NCBI RefSeq assembly: GCF_041956535.1
Contig: NW_027192213.1
Span: 53,111-117,110 of the forward strand
Source: Calcarisporiella thermophila CBS 279.70
Lineage: Eukaryota; Fungi; Calcarisporiellomycota
Direction: 5' to 3'
Length of the DNA: 64,000 nucleotides
Shown one piece after another: positions 61,681 to 64,000 of the stretch; position 1 is the first letter of the stretch, and every line of letters starts with the position of its first letter. A program made the translations under genes and the position numbers. Below the pieces are notes generated by a model that saw only the letters and a program-made list of their open reading frames with translations, was not told where the DNA came from and did no database searches.

Positions 61681-63571
61681 ATGGCCCACGACGGATGGCT
61701 CCCCTCTGAACATTCATCTGAGGACGAGATTGCTGCACTAGCGCGTTCTCCCCTCACAACTCAAGATACACCTCGGCGATTGCGCACAACCAAAAAAAAT
61801 GACGCGGATTCACCGACACGTCGCGTTCTTGTACGAGCAAAGAGAACATTATCTAAGAAAAAGGAATTACAAGACGATGCGGACCAAAGTAGTGATGATG
61901 ACGAGGGACAAGTGAGGGGATCTTCCGCAACCAAAAGGACGGCTCGAGATGACTCTGCAAACAATAAGACCTCTCCTTCACATGGAATAAAGCAGGGGAG
62001 AAGAACGCGTACAACCAAGACAGGCAATCAATCGCAGAATACAGAAATAGGTGAAGAAGCAAGCCGGCCCAAGAGAAAGTCTCGTAAAGTTGCAGATTCA
62101 TCTTCGTCACAAAATACTCCAAACAAGAAAGTAGCGGAGTCGAATGATAAGGGGAGCACGGTAAGAAGAGGGCGGCCTAGAAAATCTCCCAAGAAAATGA
62201 CTGAGGATAGCACAGCCAAACTTCGCGGGCGTACTAAAGAAAGTGAAGTGAAGGGTCCAAGCGCATTGAGTAAGTAGTATCCTATATTGTTGTATCGCTT
62301 CCTGCTGACTTGGTAAATCAATTTCGTTATTATAGAAAGCCAATATGAACTTTCGCACATTATCCGCGCTTTCCCTCACATTTCCCAGGATGGCGAGGCC
62401 AATCCAACTGAGGACAAGTACATTAGTGTCTGGAGCTGTGAGTTCCAGCCATCACGAGAGGGTAATTTATCTTCATTTCTCTACTCCGGTAAAATGCTCA
62501 CGTTCAACCTCAACCTAGGGGAATCCAATGTGGTGACTGTATGCGGAGTGAACTCCATTATATTTATTGATGTTCACCGTGGTGAAATAATAGCAAAGTA
62601 TACGCACCCAGAAATGAACGAGGAGTTTTACTCGCTTGCTTGGACAACAGTGGTGCACAAAGGCAACCCCATTGATATCCTAGCTGCCGCAGGTAAGCAG
62701 CACACATATTCCACACTCTCCAGCAGGTTAAGGCTCATTTATTGCTCATTCAGGGCATCTGGGTAGCATCAAGCTTATCAATCCAACACAAAATGAATGC
62801 TACAGAATCCTACATGGCCACCAACGGAATGTTGTTCAACTCCGATTTTCTGCCACGCAACCGCGATGGCTCTACAGCGCATGCTCAGATCGAACTATTC
62901 GCCTATGGGATATAGGCCATCCCTCGGGTGGCGAGAAAAATAATGCCGCCTGTTTGGCCACCTTTTCTGTCACGCGGCTACCAAGCACTATCTGCCCTCT
63001 GCCTGGAGATAAAGGGCTACTTGTTGGATGTGAGAATGGTTTGATGGAGCGATACCAATTTGATCCTGCAGATTTGCGCGCAAAAGAAGAGCCGCGCCAT
63101 TTTGACAAGCCAATAATGACGTACCCTTGCTCGGAAGAATGGCACGAAAGTCATGTTGACAATATCGTGACTATGCAGAGCCAAAAAGAGCAAGATTGGG
63201 TCATCTCGAGAGCAGCCGAGGATGAGGAGATCATTTTATGGAACTGGCGGAGAAGTACACCAGAGGATGCAGATATACGCCTTGCGCTGCTGTGGCCGCA
63301 GGCACGAGTTATCTTCCAGCGGTTCTGTGTCACATCCGATGCACTGGTTGCCGGTGACGCGGAAGGAAATGTGCACATCTTTGATTTAACCAAAACTAGT
63401 AGAACCCTAGAGGATCAAAGCAAAGAACGGCTGCCGCCTGAAATGGTGCTGGCACATCCCCAGTCGGATACCGTGCTGAGAGACGTGGCTATTGCTCCTG
63501 GAAATGGGTGCATCGTCGCGACCAACTGCGAAAATCTTGTGTATATCTGGCTGAGAAAGTCGTCCTCTTAA
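61681..63571 (+). CDS. LRWD1/ORCA-like (EED-related) WD40 protein with a basic disordered N-terminus and AT-hook
   Basis: Exons 61681-62269, 62336-62461, 62519-62692, 62754-63571; 'VWSCEFQP', 'VCGVNSIIFIDV..G.IIAKY', 'EEFYSLAWT', 'ILAAAG', 'IRLWDIG', 'VAGDAEGNV', 'NLVYIW'; RRGRPRK at 62164-62184. Confidence 0.75.
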
Positions 63572-63791
63572 TCTTCCTATTTATTATATCATTTGTTTAC
63601 CCCGTTTCGCTTTGCCAATCAAGACAGAGTTGCTCCACATGTATATCTACAATTTTATTCACACCAGGCGTCTCTCCTCTTGCTTTCTCCCATTTCTTCT
63701 CTTTTATTCCTTGCTAATGAGCATCAAAATTGTGATTGCGTATTTAAAAATAATTGAAATCATATATAAAGATATCTCTCTGCTTGTAATC

Positions 63792-64000
63792 CTACGAAAA
63801 TATTCCAATTTTAGCCTTGAGTATTTCAAAGAGGGGATTTGTAATCAATGCTGCAAAAGAAGGTCTAGTGAAAAGAACGACATGCCGCTAAGAAAGATTG
63901 TATTGTATACGGTATGCTCGAATATAATTGCTGTTAGGCCTATCATTTTCCCGAGCTAATTTATTTTTCTCACTCTCCTTAAGTTTCAAAGGCTGGGTAT
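63792..64000 (-). CDS. Probable 3' end of a gene entering from the right edge
   Basis: Open frame TQPLKLKESEKNKLAREN..., GT-AG intron 63851-63910, then PLITNPLFEILKAKIGIFS*; no homology recognised. Confidence 0.3.

Overview
Eukaryotic, intron-rich, gene-dense fungal genomic DNA with short (about 45-110 nt) GT-AG introns and CTRAY branch points. The gene content (RABL6, EDC4, LRWD1-like, Crinkler-like NTPase-REase, a Mucoromycota-style homeodomain) points to an early-diverging fungus, probably Mucoromycota; this is an inference. About 28 protein-coding genes can be reconstructed, mostly housekeeping: GH5, ADAM, EDC4, a nucleotide-sugar transporter, END3, ATP3, PRP21, SDH8, RABL6, TFA2, CENP-T, PRP4 kinase, YRA1, MDM35, a TLC protein, UBP14, RidA, MCR1, an M28 peptidase, a GFA protein and GLE1. 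The left end is an AT-rich accessory segment with two abutting palindromes and a Crinkler-like effector. The right half is a GC-rich block with three transcription-factor genes (Sfp1-like, homeobox, WOPR) and multi-kb regulatory spacers. There is one assembly gap (45764-46348). Highlights: an LRWD1/ORCA-like WD40 protein with an AT-hook in place of LRRs; a WOPR locus with an overlapping uORF, 5'UTR introns and WOPR-type sites; a candidate structured ncRNA in an intron-like unit at about 19.4 kb; a prokaryote-like 'sensor' membrane domain with a PPxY motif; a 45-aa single zinc-finger microprotein; and possible unproductive splicing of YRA1. All exon boundaries were read by eye and family calls come from recalled motifs, not database searches.
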